Source: an uncultured Pelagibacteraceae bacterium (GTDB lineage Bacteria; Pseudomonadota; Alphaproteobacteria; Pelagibacterales; Pelagibacteraceae). From it: DNA of 64,000 nt. Below are positions 49,987-58,808 of the stretch, in pieces; within the stretch, counting starts at the first letter, position 1, and every line of letters begins with the position of its first letter. Both the position numbers and the translations under genes were made by a program. Where the stretch lies: the NCBI GenBank assembly GCA_902595565.1, contig CACJQO010000004.1, positions 6,847 to 70,846 on the forward strand, in the 5' to 3' direction. Under the pieces are notes generated by a model. The model was not told the DNA's origin, did not search any database, and worked only from the letters and a program-made list of their open reading frames with translations.

Positions 49987-51102
49987 ATGAAAAAAGGAAA
50001 AAGGATTGTAAATAGTTGGAATGAGTGGGATCCTTTAAAGCATGTTATTGTTGGAAGGGCCGACGGCACATGTATACCCGCACCAGAGCCTGCTTTAGAT
50101 GCAAAAGTTCCTGAAGACTCAGATATGAGAGGGAAATTTGGTCCTAGAACAAAAGACACTGTAGATAAAGCAAATCAGTTACTTGATGATTTCTCAAATA
50201 TTTTGGTTAAAAGAGGTATTAAAGTTGATAGACCAACACCTTTAAATTTTAATCAAAAAACTTCAACACCTGATTGGGAATCTGAAACTATGTTTGGCTG
50301 CATGCCTCCTAGAGATGTTTTATTAACAGTTGGAAATGAAATTTTAGAGGCAACTATGAGTTATAGATGTAGATGGTTTGAGTATCTTTGTTATCGTCCG
50401 CTTCTTAAAGAATATTACGATTTAGATCCAAACATGAGACATGAATCAGCGCCAAAGCCAAGATTAACAGATGCAGATTATAGAAAAGATTATCTATCTG
50501 ACAAAATTGGAATTCAAAAAAGATTAAAATGGACTGAAGATAAATTTTTCGTAACAACTGAAGAAGAACCTTTGTTCGATGCAGCTGATGTTTTGAGATT
50601 TGGCAAAGACTTAGTGGTGCAACATGGTTTTACGACAAATCTTAAAGGAATTGATTGGTTAAAAAGACATTATAAAAATCATCGAGTTCATGCAGTAAAC
50701 TTTCCTGGTGATCCATACCCAATTCATATAGATGCAACCTTCACACCAATAAAAGAAGGATTGATTATTAACAATCCTCAAAGAAGATTACCTAAAGAAC
50801 AAAGAAAATTATTTGAAAATAATGGTTGGGAAATTATAGATGCTGCACAACCTGCTCACAACGAACCACCACCACTTTGTTACTCATCTGTTTGGCTTTC
50901 TATGAATGTTTTGGTAATAGATCCAAAGACAGTTTGTGTAGAAAAAAGTGAAAAATATCAAGCAGAGCAACTCGATAAACTTGGTATGGAAGTAATTCCA
51001 GTAGATTTAAGAGACGCCTATGCTTTTGGCGGCGGTCTTCATTGTTGTACTGCTGATGTTTATAGAGAAAGTGAATTTAAAGATTATTTTCCTAAACAAT
51101 AA
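49987..51102 (+). CDS. Amidinotransferase, L-Arg:Gly (AGAT/GATM)-like
   Basis: NEWDPL, PRD, catalytic triad in FDAAD / HIDAT / GGGLHC, WLSMNVL. Confidence 0.9.
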   Translation: MKKGKRIVNSWNEWDPLKHVIVGRADGTCIPAPEPALDAKVPEDSDMRGKFGPRTKDTVDKANQLLDDFSNILVKRGIKVDRPTPLNFNQKTSTPDWESETMFGCMPPRDVLLTVGNEILEATMSYRCRWFEYLCYRPLLKEYYDLDPNMRHESAPKPRLTDADYRKDYLSDKIGIQKRLKWTEDKFFVTTEEEPLFDAADVLRFGKDLVVQHGFTTNLKGIDWLKRHYKNHRVHAVNFPGDPYPIHIDATFTPIKEGLIINNPQRRLPKEQRKLFENNGWEIIDAAQPAHNEPPPLCYSSVWLSMNVLVIDPKTVCVEKSEKYQAEQLDKLGMEVIPVDLRDAYAFGGGLHCCTADVYRESEFKDYFPKQ

Positions 51103-51118
51103 AAAAAATATAATTTAA

Positions 51119-51355
51119 TTAGCTAGGATTTTTTTTTAAAAAATCAATATATTGTAAAACTTCATTGAATTTATCATCTGGAATATCTTTATAACTTGCA
51201 TTGAATTTACTTTTTATACAAATTGCTACATGGGCATAAGGATTTCTTCCTTTAGGATGATTAGGATGATCAGGTAATTGACCTACCAAATAATCGCCAG
51301 CTTCCTGAATAATCTTCCAGAGTTTACTAGCGTTTTCTTTGTTCATACATCCCAA
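51119..51355 (-). CDS. Small hypothetical protein with an ORF6C-like C-terminus
   Basis: Fills the intergenic gap; HPNHPKGRNPYAH and IKSKFNASYKDIPDDKFNEVLQYI. Confidence 0.7.
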   Translation of the reverse strand: MGCMNKENASKLWKIIQEAGDYLVGQLPDHPNHPKGRNPYAHVAICIKSKFNASYKDIPDDKFNEVLQYIDFLKKNPS

Positions 51356-51419
51356 GATCTTGATTTATTTTAATCTAGCATAGTCTTTAGACTAAAATAA
51401 AAGGAAAGAATTTTTAGAT

Positions 51420-52151
51420 CTAGTTTTCTTTTGATTTATCTATATTAAAATTCTCTAATCCACTTGATGAACTTTTGAGATTTTTATCAATTTCCTCAAA
51501 TCTCGCTCTTTTTTCGATTTCTTTTTGAATAAGCCTTTGTTCTCGTCTAATTTCATCTTGTTCTTTTTGCTTTTGTTCTCTATCAAATTTTTCTTCCCAC
51601 TCTCTTATTTTGATAAATTCAGCCTCTTTTTGTCTATCTTCCTCTTCTTTCAATATTTTTAGTTCTCTATTTTTACGTCTTTGCTCTTTTAATTCTTTAT
51701 TTTTTTGTTCATCTTCTCTTACTTTTAAATCAATATCTCTTCTATTTTGCTCTTCTTCCCTAATCTTTAATTGTTTTTCTTTTTCTCTTAATTCTTTTGC
51801 AACAAGTACTAACTCCTCATCTTTTTTCGTCAGTCTTTCACTCTCAATTTTTTGTTGATCTTCTTTGGATCTAATTTCTTTTTCTCTAATTCTAAGCTCT
51901 TCTTCATTTGAACGGATTTTACTACTTTCTTTATTGAGCCTATCCTCCCAAAGTTTCAATTCTTTCTTTTCCTTTTGATAAGAATTTCTTTCCTCAAGTT
52001 TTTGTAATTTAATAGCTTTGATTTTTTCTTGTTCTTTTTTTTTCTTATAATTAGTTAACGCGCTGCTAAGCGAACTTGTTGTGAGCGATGCTATTTTAGC
52101 AAGCCCGTTAGTTTTTTTTTTTATTTTTGTTTTCTTTTTTTTTAACGGCAT
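51420..52151 (-). CDS. Highly charged coiled-coil / single-alpha-helix protein
   Basis: 243 aa dominated by E/K/R/Q, with repeated L(K/R)(I/V)RE units. Confidence 0.75.
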   Translation of the reverse strand: MPLKKKKTKIKKKTNGLAKIASLTTSSLSSALTNYKKKKEQEKIKAIKLQKLEERNSYQKEKKELKLWEDRLNKESSKIRSNEEELRIREKEIRSKEDQQKIESERLTKKDEELVLVAKELREKEKQLKIREEEQNRRDIDLKVREDEQKNKELKEQRRKNRELKILKEEEDRQKEAEFIKIREWEEKFDREQKQKEQDEIRREQRLIQKEIEKRARFEEIDKNLKSSSSGLENFNIDKSKEN

Positions 52152-52259
52152 TTTTTAATTTTTAATTATTTCACTAGATAAATGAAAATTATTCAATAAG
52201 ATTCTTAAAAAAATTTATGTAGCCTGACTAAAATGAGTTACAACCTGAAAGGGATATAT

Positions 52260-53615
52260 TTAGTATGTCACTTCCTCTTTTTGATCTTCGTTCTCGTCTT
52301 TTTTATATTTTACACCTTTTCTTTCTAAAATTTCTATAACTTTTTCTGAATATGGTTCTTCTATGTGTTCAGTAGTAGGATTAAGTTCAATACCTGCTGG
52401 AGTAATGGTTTGTGGCATAGCAACGAACTGAGAGTCTGGATTTTCAACAGTTTTTCTTACTTTCATTCTATATATTCCAAAAAATCCAATAAAAGAATGA
52501 AAAATAAATAGAAACACAAAGAAACCATTTGGCCCAACTAGATCCATGAATATTGAACAAAGAAATGGCCCGCTCATTGCTCCTAATCCAAAAGCAAATT
52601 GAAGTCCCGCTCCTGCTGCAACAAATTTTTCTTTTGAAATATAATCGTTTGTATGTGCTAGGATTAAAGAAAACATTGGCAAACTACAAAATGAAAAAAG
52701 AATAAAGAAAAAATAAAACCATGTTTTACTAGTTGCAAGACCACCTGGTAAATACATTTGTCTTGAAACAAATATTGCAATTATTGCAAATATTGCTGCT
52801 CCAAATGTTGAAAAAACAATTACTCTTCTTCTATCATAAATATCAGAAATTTTACCAACTGGAAATTGGGCTACCGCTCCTGATATTGCTAATAGGAAAG
52901 TTACAATTGATATTTCTAAAATTGTGAAGTTCATGGAGGTAGCGTAAACTGCTAGTAACGTAAATAAAGCTGATTGTATTGTTCCATAGAAAAGAGAGCT
53001 TACCATACCAAAAGGTGAAGCTTCATATAACTCTCGCATATTCATTGCTTGTATTTTTTTAAAGTTTGGTGGTTTCTTTTTAGTTAATAAAATAGGTATT
53101 AAAGCAGCAGAAGTTATTACTGAAACTAAAATAAATGGTTGAAAGTTTTTAGGACTACTAAAATTAAGTAAAAACATACCGATGCCCATGGTTCCATAAA
53201 GTATGACCATATAAATAGAAAGTACGCTGCCTCGATTTTTATTACTTGATCTATCATTTAACCAACTTTCTGCGACTGTATAAATACAAACCATACTGAC
53301 ACCAGTAAGTATTCTTAATAAAAACCATATAAATGGATGAATTATAACTGAGTGAATTAAAACAACTAATGATGCCAAGGACGCAAAAGCGGCAAAAACT
53401 CTTATGTGACCAACTCTTGAAATTATATTTGGAATAGTTGCGGCACCAATAAAATATCCTACAAAATAACCAGACATCATGAATCCAGTTGAAGTAAGGC
53501 TAAATTCTTCCTGAACAGCCCTAACACCTAAGAGAGACCCTTGGAATCCATAAGCCATCATGATGAAGCCCATTCCTAAAAACAATGCCCAGGAGTTTTT
53601 TAAAACTTTATTCAT
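52260..53615 (-). CDS. MFS transporter (YcaD-like)
   Basis: About 12 TM helices; RVGHIRVFAAFAS, ESWLN, GKISDIYDRR. Confidence 0.92.
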   Translation of the reverse strand: MNKVLKNSWALFLGMGFIMMAYGFQGSLLGVRAVQEEFSLTSTGFMMSGYFVGYFIGAATIPNIISRVGHIRVFAAFASLASLVVLIHSVIIHPFIWFLLRILTGVSMVCIYTVAESWLNDRSSNKNRGSVLSIYMVILYGTMGIGMFLLNFSSPKNFQPFILVSVITSAALIPILLTKKKPPNFKKIQAMNMRELYEASPFGMVSSLFYGTIQSALFTLLAVYATSMNFTILEISIVTFLLAISGAVAQFPVGKISDIYDRRRVIVFSTFGAAIFAIIAIFVSRQMYLPGGLATSKTWFYFFFILFSFCSLPMFSLILAHTNDYISKEKFVAAGAGLQFAFGLGAMSGPFLCSIFMDLVGPNGFFVFLFIFHSFIGFFGIYRMKVRKTVENPDSQFVAMPQTITPAGIELNPTTEHIEEPYSEKVIEILERKGVKYKKDENEDQKEEVTY

Positions 53616-53673
53616 AAAAATTGAGGTAATTATTCGCGATGTATTATTAAATCAAGTCTTAATTGTGACAAGC

Positions 53674-54534
53674 TTAAGAATTTTTGAGTTTTAAGTATGA
53701 GTGAATTGCGATAGTGGTTATTATAACTAGACCACCCTGGAGTGTTTCTAAACTAGGCTGTTCCTTTATGATCAACCAAACCCAAATTGGGCCGATTATA
53801 GTCTCAAGCAGAAAAAAAAGATTAACTTCAGCAGCAGGTATAAATCTTGGAGCAATGGTTACTAGTACAAAAGGTATAGCAACACATAAAATACACATTA
53901 ATGGAACAATTATAAGATCATTACCAACTAATGCAAAACTTTCTATAAAAAGTAATGCAAAAGTTGCTACAAATAATTTACCAACTACTGCAGCAGGAAC
54001 TAAATTTTTAGTTTTAGCAGATCTAATTATAACTGCTCCAACCGCTAAACCTATCGCAGTAACAAATCCTAAAACATCTCCATAAAAATTACCTAACTTC
54101 AAAGAGTCATAGAAAATATATATTATTGCTAAAAAAGTAATTATTATAGAAATCCAAGTTTTTTTATCAGGTGGTTCTTTTAGAAATATTGCTCCAAGAA
54201 TAGCTGATAACATTGGGGCAGTCGCTATCATAACTAAGGTATTGGCAACATTTGTATTTTGAATAGAAACAACAAAAGTTATATTGGTTACACTAAATGT
54301 AATTACATAAAATATTCCATGATAACCACTAGTGAAAAGTATCTTAAAGAAATTTAACTTATAAATAATTAACATACCTAACAAAACCGTTATAAAAGGA
54401 ATAATTCCCCTATAAAAAACTAAACCCCAAGTATCTACATTTGAAAGCCTTATAAATAGTGAGTCTGGTGTAATAAACATTACCGCAACAAAGGCCAATA
54501 ACGATCCCTTTTGTTGGTCTGTAAGATTTTTCAC
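53674..54534 (-). CDS. DMT/EamA family transporter
   Basis: About 10 TM helices; FLKE and LETIIGPIWVW. Confidence 0.88.
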   Translation of the reverse strand: MKNLTDQQKGSLLAFVAVMFITPDSLFIRLSNVDTWGLVFYRGIIPFITVLLGMLIIYKLNFFKILFTSGYHGIFYVITFSVTNITFVVSIQNTNVANTLVMIATAPMLSAILGAIFLKEPPDKKTWISIIITFLAIIYIFYDSLKLGNFYGDVLGFVTAIGLAVGAVIIRSAKTKNLVPAAVVGKLFVATFALLFIESFALVGNDLIIVPLMCILCVAIPFVLVTIAPRFIPAAEVNLFFLLETIIGPIWVWLIIKEQPSLETLQGGLVIITTIAIHSYLKLKNS

Positions 54535-55457
54535 GCTTTTAATTCTTTCCAGAAAGTTGAGGCTAAATTTATTTTTGAAAGATCGTAGAAAGTTTTTAAT
54601 CCGGTAGGTGATGTAACATTTATGTCACCATTGAGTTGCTCATCTATAAAGTCAATCCCAGCAAAGAAAATTTTATCTTTTTTTAAATCTTTACTAATCA
54701 ATTTTGATATTTTCATTTCTTTATTAGTTAATTTTACATTTATTGGTTTTGCACCTTTGCTTAAATTACTTAAAAATGAGCCTTTTTTTGGAATTCTTGA
54801 TATTGCGCCACAAACTTTACCATTTATCAAAAAAACTCTCTTATCTCCCTCTTTGATCTTAGGTAAATATTTTTGACACATAATATGACTGTGTTTTTTA
54901 ATAAATTTTTGAAAAAATTTTAGATTAAACTTGATCAATAAATATATATTGTTTCCACTATAGCTATTGATAGGTTTTACTATCACTTTTTTATGTTTTT
55001 TAAAAAACTTTCTAATTTCATCAATATTTTGTGAAAAAATAGTATCAGGCATAAATTTTTGATATTTTGTGGAAAAAAGTTTTTCAGATACATTTCTTAT
55101 TGCTGTTGGATCATTAATAACTTTAACCCTTTTCTTTATTTTATCTAAAATAAGAGTTGAACAAATATATTCTAAATTGAATGGTGGATCTTGGCGAATA
55201 AGTAAATATTTACACTTAACTAACTCTAGTTTTTGTTTTTTTAAGATTTCAAAAAACTTTTTTTTTCTATAATCAAATTTGATAAAGAATCCTTTAGCAA
55301 TTACTTTAAAATTAATGATAGATAAATCTTTTGGATCATAATAGAAAATTTTGTAATTTTTCTTTTGTATTTCATGAGCTAAAAAAATACTGGTATCGGT
55401 TAAAGGGTTAAGTTTAGAAGGATGATTTCCTTGGATAGCAATAATTTTATTTGTCAT
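54531..55457 (-). CDS. gshB: Glutathione synthetase
   Basis: DTS, RQDPPF, EKL, GDKRV, SNLSKG, INVTSPTG. Confidence 0.95.
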   Translation of the reverse strand: MTNKIIAIQGNHPSKLNPLTDTSIFLAHEIQKKNYKIFYYDPKDLSIINFKVIAKGFFIKFDYRKKKFFEILKKQKLELVKCKYLLIRQDPPFNLEYICSTLILDKIKKRVKVINDPTAIRNVSEKLFSTKYQKFMPDTIFSQNIDEIRKFFKKHKKVIVKPINSYSGNNIYLLIKFNLKFFQKFIKKHSHIMCQKYLPKIKEGDKRVFLINGKVCGAISRIPKKGSFLSNLSKGAKPINVKLTNKEMKISKLISKDLKKDKIFFAGIDFIDEQLNGDINVTSPTGLKTFYDLSKINLASTFWKELKA

Positions 55458-56742
55458 ATAATTCAGTTAAATCTTCATCTTTAGAAAATTTAATAATCAT
55501 ATGATGTGCATTTGTAGTTTTATTATCAATCACTTTTTGTAAATGATTTAAAAATATGGTCTCGTTTTTTCCACTTTTATTGACCATATCTCTCTTTTCT
55601 AATCCTTTTTTAGATAAATCTAATAATTCTGAAGACCAATAAAGCAGGTCTTTACCCATAAGCTGGGTATTAAAACCTTTTTGTGGCGCTTCTAAATATG
55701 CATTTATAATTTTATCTTTATCCCAACTAGAAATTAATTCATAAACTTCATCTAAATTTCCATATAACATTCCAACGTTAAATGCTGGGCCTGCACATAG
55801 ACAATCCCAACCACAAGTATCCATTGATCTTAACTCAATATATTTTTTAAGTCTATTCTCCGTAAAAATTGTACTTAAATGAATTGATAAATCATTTTCA
55901 TCTGGCAGGCGATTATTTATTTCTTTGATATTTCCTGACATGAAATCACTAAAATTGTATTTTATACCTGAAAAATAATTTTCTTTTTGTTGTATAAATA
56001 GAATTGGAAAATTAATAACAAAATCTGCATATTTTTCAAAATCAAAGTCTTCAAGGAACAATTTAGGCAAACCACCTCGAGAAGTATTCTGCCATACTTT
56101 CGATCGGTACGATAAATAATTACTTTTTTTCTTCTCAACTATTGATGAATTAGCGAATAAAGCAATTGAAATAGGTACTAAAGAATTAACTATCTTAAAT
56201 TTTTTTTTAAAATCTTCTTCTGAACAGTAATCTAAATTTAACTGCGTTCCACAGGTTCGGTACATCATATCAAGACTTAATTCTCCCCCTAAAGGCATAT
56301 ATCTTGTCATAAGTTTGTATCTTTTTTTAGGGTTATTGGGGATCTCATCTAATTTTGATATTGGATCGAAACCTGCACTTACAATTTTAATATTAAGTTT
56401 TTTTGTGACTTGTTTTAATTCAAATAAGTAATCATAAGACTCTGCACATGCTTCATGAATATTAGAAAGTTTATCACCAGATAATTCAATTTGATTACCT
56501 GGCTCAAGAGTAATATTTTTACCACCCTTGTTTAAACCAATAATATTGTCGTTTTCTAATACAGGATTCCATCCAAATTCAAGTAGAGCTGAGAACATCT
56601 CTTTTATTTTTTGATAATCAATTCTCTTATTATTTTGGCTATTAAATAGAAATTTCTCATGCTCGATACCAATTTTAAATCCTTTTTTGTTTTTAATTCC
56701 AGACTTGAAATATTCAATTATTTGCTCTTTTTTTGTAATCAT
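55447..56742 (-). CDS. gshA: Glutamate-cysteine ligase (alpha/plant type)
   Basis: IGIEHEK, ITLEPG.QIELSG, MMYRTCGTQ.NLD, RLKKYIELR. Confidence 0.95.
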   Translation of the reverse strand: MITKKEQIIEYFKSGIKNKKGFKIGIEHEKFLFNSQNNKRIDYQKIKEMFSALLEFGWNPVLENDNIIGLNKGGKNITLEPGNQIELSGDKLSNIHEACAESYDYLFELKQVTKKLNIKIVSAGFDPISKLDEIPNNPKKRYKLMTRYMPLGGELSLDMMYRTCGTQLNLDYCSEEDFKKKFKIVNSLVPISIALFANSSIVEKKKSNYLSYRSKVWQNTSRGGLPKLFLEDFDFEKYADFVINFPILFIQQKENYFSGIKYNFSDFMSGNIKEINNRLPDENDLSIHLSTIFTENRLKKYIELRSMDTCGWDCLCAGPAFNVGMLYGNLDEVYELISSWDKDKIINAYLEAPQKGFNTQLMGKDLLYWSSELLDLSKKGLEKRDMVNKSGKNETIFLNHLQKVIDNKTTNAHHMIIKFSKDEDLTELYDK

Positions 56743-56759
56743 AGATATAAATTTTATTT

Positions 56760-57326
56760 TTAATTATTCTTTAGAGAAGAGTATGGTTTTCTAGAAAATA
56801 TTTTTTTTACAATTGGTTCGAAAAACTCTAATGGTAAAGACTCATATTTAGGATCAAAAGAATTTTGATCATATTTTTCGCAAAAATCTATTGTATCTTG
56901 ATAATATTTATGATCTTTATATTTATCTCTTCTGTTCTTATCACCACCTAAATGATGTGCATAATAATACATTTGAAATTCTCCATGTTTTTCAACTATC
57001 CAATGAGTTTTTTCTGATACATAGGGTTTTAAAATTGAAGCGGCATACTCAGAATGATTCATTGGTGCCAATTCATCCCCGATGTCGTGCAACAGACAAG
57101 CTACAACCATTTCCTCACTTTCACCATTTTTATGAGCTCTTGTAGCGCTTTGAAGTGAGTGCTCAAGCCTTGATACCTGATAACCTTCTAAAGTTTCTGT
57201 TAGTCCAGACATAAATTTTAATATTCTATCAGCAGTTTTGCTGGCAAAATCTTTTTCATGTTTATCTAAAAAAAGATAATCCTCTTTAGTGCCATTTTTC
57301 ATCTCAGTAAAACTTACTTTTTTCAT
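56760..57326 (-). CDS. HD-domain metalloprotein (PhnZ/MIOX-like ligand set)
   Basis: LEHSLQ, LLHDIG, NHSEY, EKHG, YDQ. Confidence 0.8.
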   Translation of the reverse strand: MKKVSFTEMKNGTKEDYLFLDKHEKDFASKTADRILKFMSGLTETLEGYQVSRLEHSLQSATRAHKNGESEEMVVACLLHDIGDELAPMNHSEYAASILKPYVSEKTHWIVEKHGEFQMYYYAHHLGGDKNRRDKYKDHKYYQDTIDFCEKYDQNSFDPKYESLPLEFFEPIVKKIFSRKPYSSLKNN

Positions 57327-58808
57327 TTAATTATTTGATGCAGTATTTAATAATGATAATTGAGTGATTTTACTATCACCAAGTTCATCGATAGGTTTAA
57401 CAGGATAATCTCCAGTAAAATAATGATCAGTTAATTGAGGATAACTTTCGTTTCTTCCATCAAAACCTATTGCGCGATACATTCCATTTACTGATAAAAA
57501 TTTTAAAGATTTTGCACCTATGTACTCACAAATTTCGGAGTTACTTTTATTCGCCGCAAGTAATTCTTTTTTAGTTGGTGTGTCAACTCCATAAAAATCA
57601 GGAAATTTTATTTCTGGACAGGCAATTCTAACATGAACCTCTTTTGCACCAGCGTCATATAGCATTTTAACTATTTTATGGGATGTGGTACCTCTTACTA
57701 GCGAGTCATCAACTAAAATTATTTTTTTACCTTGAATAGTCGATTGATTAGCATTTAATTTTAATTTAACACCTAAACTTCTAATTTTTTGACTTGGTTC
57801 AATGAAAGTTCTTCCGACATAATGATTTCTGACTAAACCAAGCTCAAATTTTACATTTAATGATTGTGCAAAACCTAAAGCAGCTGCATTCCCAGAATCT
57901 GGTACTGGTACAACAATATCAGCATCTATATCATTTTCTTTTGCAAGTTCTGAGCCAAGATTTTTTCTATGTTCATATGCAGTTTTTCCATCAAGCATGC
58001 TATCTGGTCTTGCAAAATAAATATATTCAAAAACACAAGGTCTAACTTTTCTTGGTGGAAATGGTTTAATACTTTTAAGTTCATTATTTTCTATTAAGAC
58101 AATTTCACCATTTTCAACTTCTCGTATGAATTTTGCACCAATTATATCTAATGCACACGTTTCAGATGCTAGCACATAGCTATTTTTTAATTTTCCAATT
58201 ACCAAAGGCCTGATACCATAAGGATCTCTAACACCTACCAATGAAGTTTGAGTCAACATTACTAAAGCGTATCCACCTTGTATTTGAAAAATTGCATCAA
58301 CAATTTTATCTATTGTTTTTGCCCGCTTTGACTTAGCAATTAATTGAACTATTGTTTCTGTATCTGATGTTGTGTAGAAAATTGCACCTTCATCAACTAA
58401 TTTTTTTCTTAAAGAAATAGAATTGGTTAAATTTCCATTATGAGCTACCCCGATCCCTCCAGCATTAGTATCAGCAAAGAAAGGCTGAATGTTTCTAAGA
58501 GTATTTTCACCTGTTGTACTATATCTATTATGTCCAATAGCATAATCACCTTGAAGCTTTTTTAGTATTTTCTCTTTATTAAAATTATCACCCACCAAAC
58601 CAAATCTTTTTTCAGAAAAATATTGTTTACCATCAAACGTAACTATTCCACATCCCTCTTGGCCTCTGTGTTGAAGGGCATGAAGTCCTAAGGCTGTTAA
58701 TGCAGAAGCATCTTTAGTATTACTAATTCCAAATATACCACACTCTTCTTTAAGCTTAGGATTAAATGTTTTCAATTTTCTCCTTAGATTTTTGATATGT
58801 TTTTTCAT
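57327..58808 (-). CDS. purF: Amidophosphoribosyltransferase
   Basis: EECGIFG, QHRGQE, HNRYST, VDDSLVRGTT. Confidence 0.98.
   Translation of the reverse strand: MKKHIKNLRRKLKTFNPKLKEECGIFGISNTKDASALTALGLHALQHRGQEGCGIVTFDGKQYFSEKRFGLVGDNFNKEKILKKLQGDYAIGHNRYSTTGENTLRNIQPFFADTNAGGIGVAHNGNLTNSISLRKKLVDEGAIFYTTSDTETIVQLIAKSKRAKTIDKIVDAIFQIQGGYALVMLTQTSLVGVRDPYGIRPLVIGKLKNSYVLASETCALDIIGAKFIREVENGEIVLIENNELKSIKPFPPRKVRPCVFEYIYFARPDSMLDGKTAYEHRKNLGSELAKENDIDADIVVPVPDSGNAAALGFAQSLNVKFELGLVRNHYVGRTFIEPSQKIRSLGVKLKLNANQSTIQGKKIILVDDSLVRGTTSHKIVKMLYDAGAKEVHVRIACPEIKFPDFYGVDTPTKKELLAANKSNSEICEYIGAKSLKFLSVNGMYRAIGFDGRNESYPQLTDHYFTGDYPVKPIDELGDSKITQLSLLNTASNN

Noticed and set aside
49987-51102. Amidinotransferase as part of a toxin or antibiotic biosynthetic cluster
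   Set aside because: No NRPS/PKS, tailoring or resistance genes nearby; the context is catabolic.
52215-52258. Weak stem with a repeated CCTGA downstream of the MFS gene; possible ncRNA or riboswitch
   Set aside because: Pairing is short and imperfect and matches no motif I recognise.
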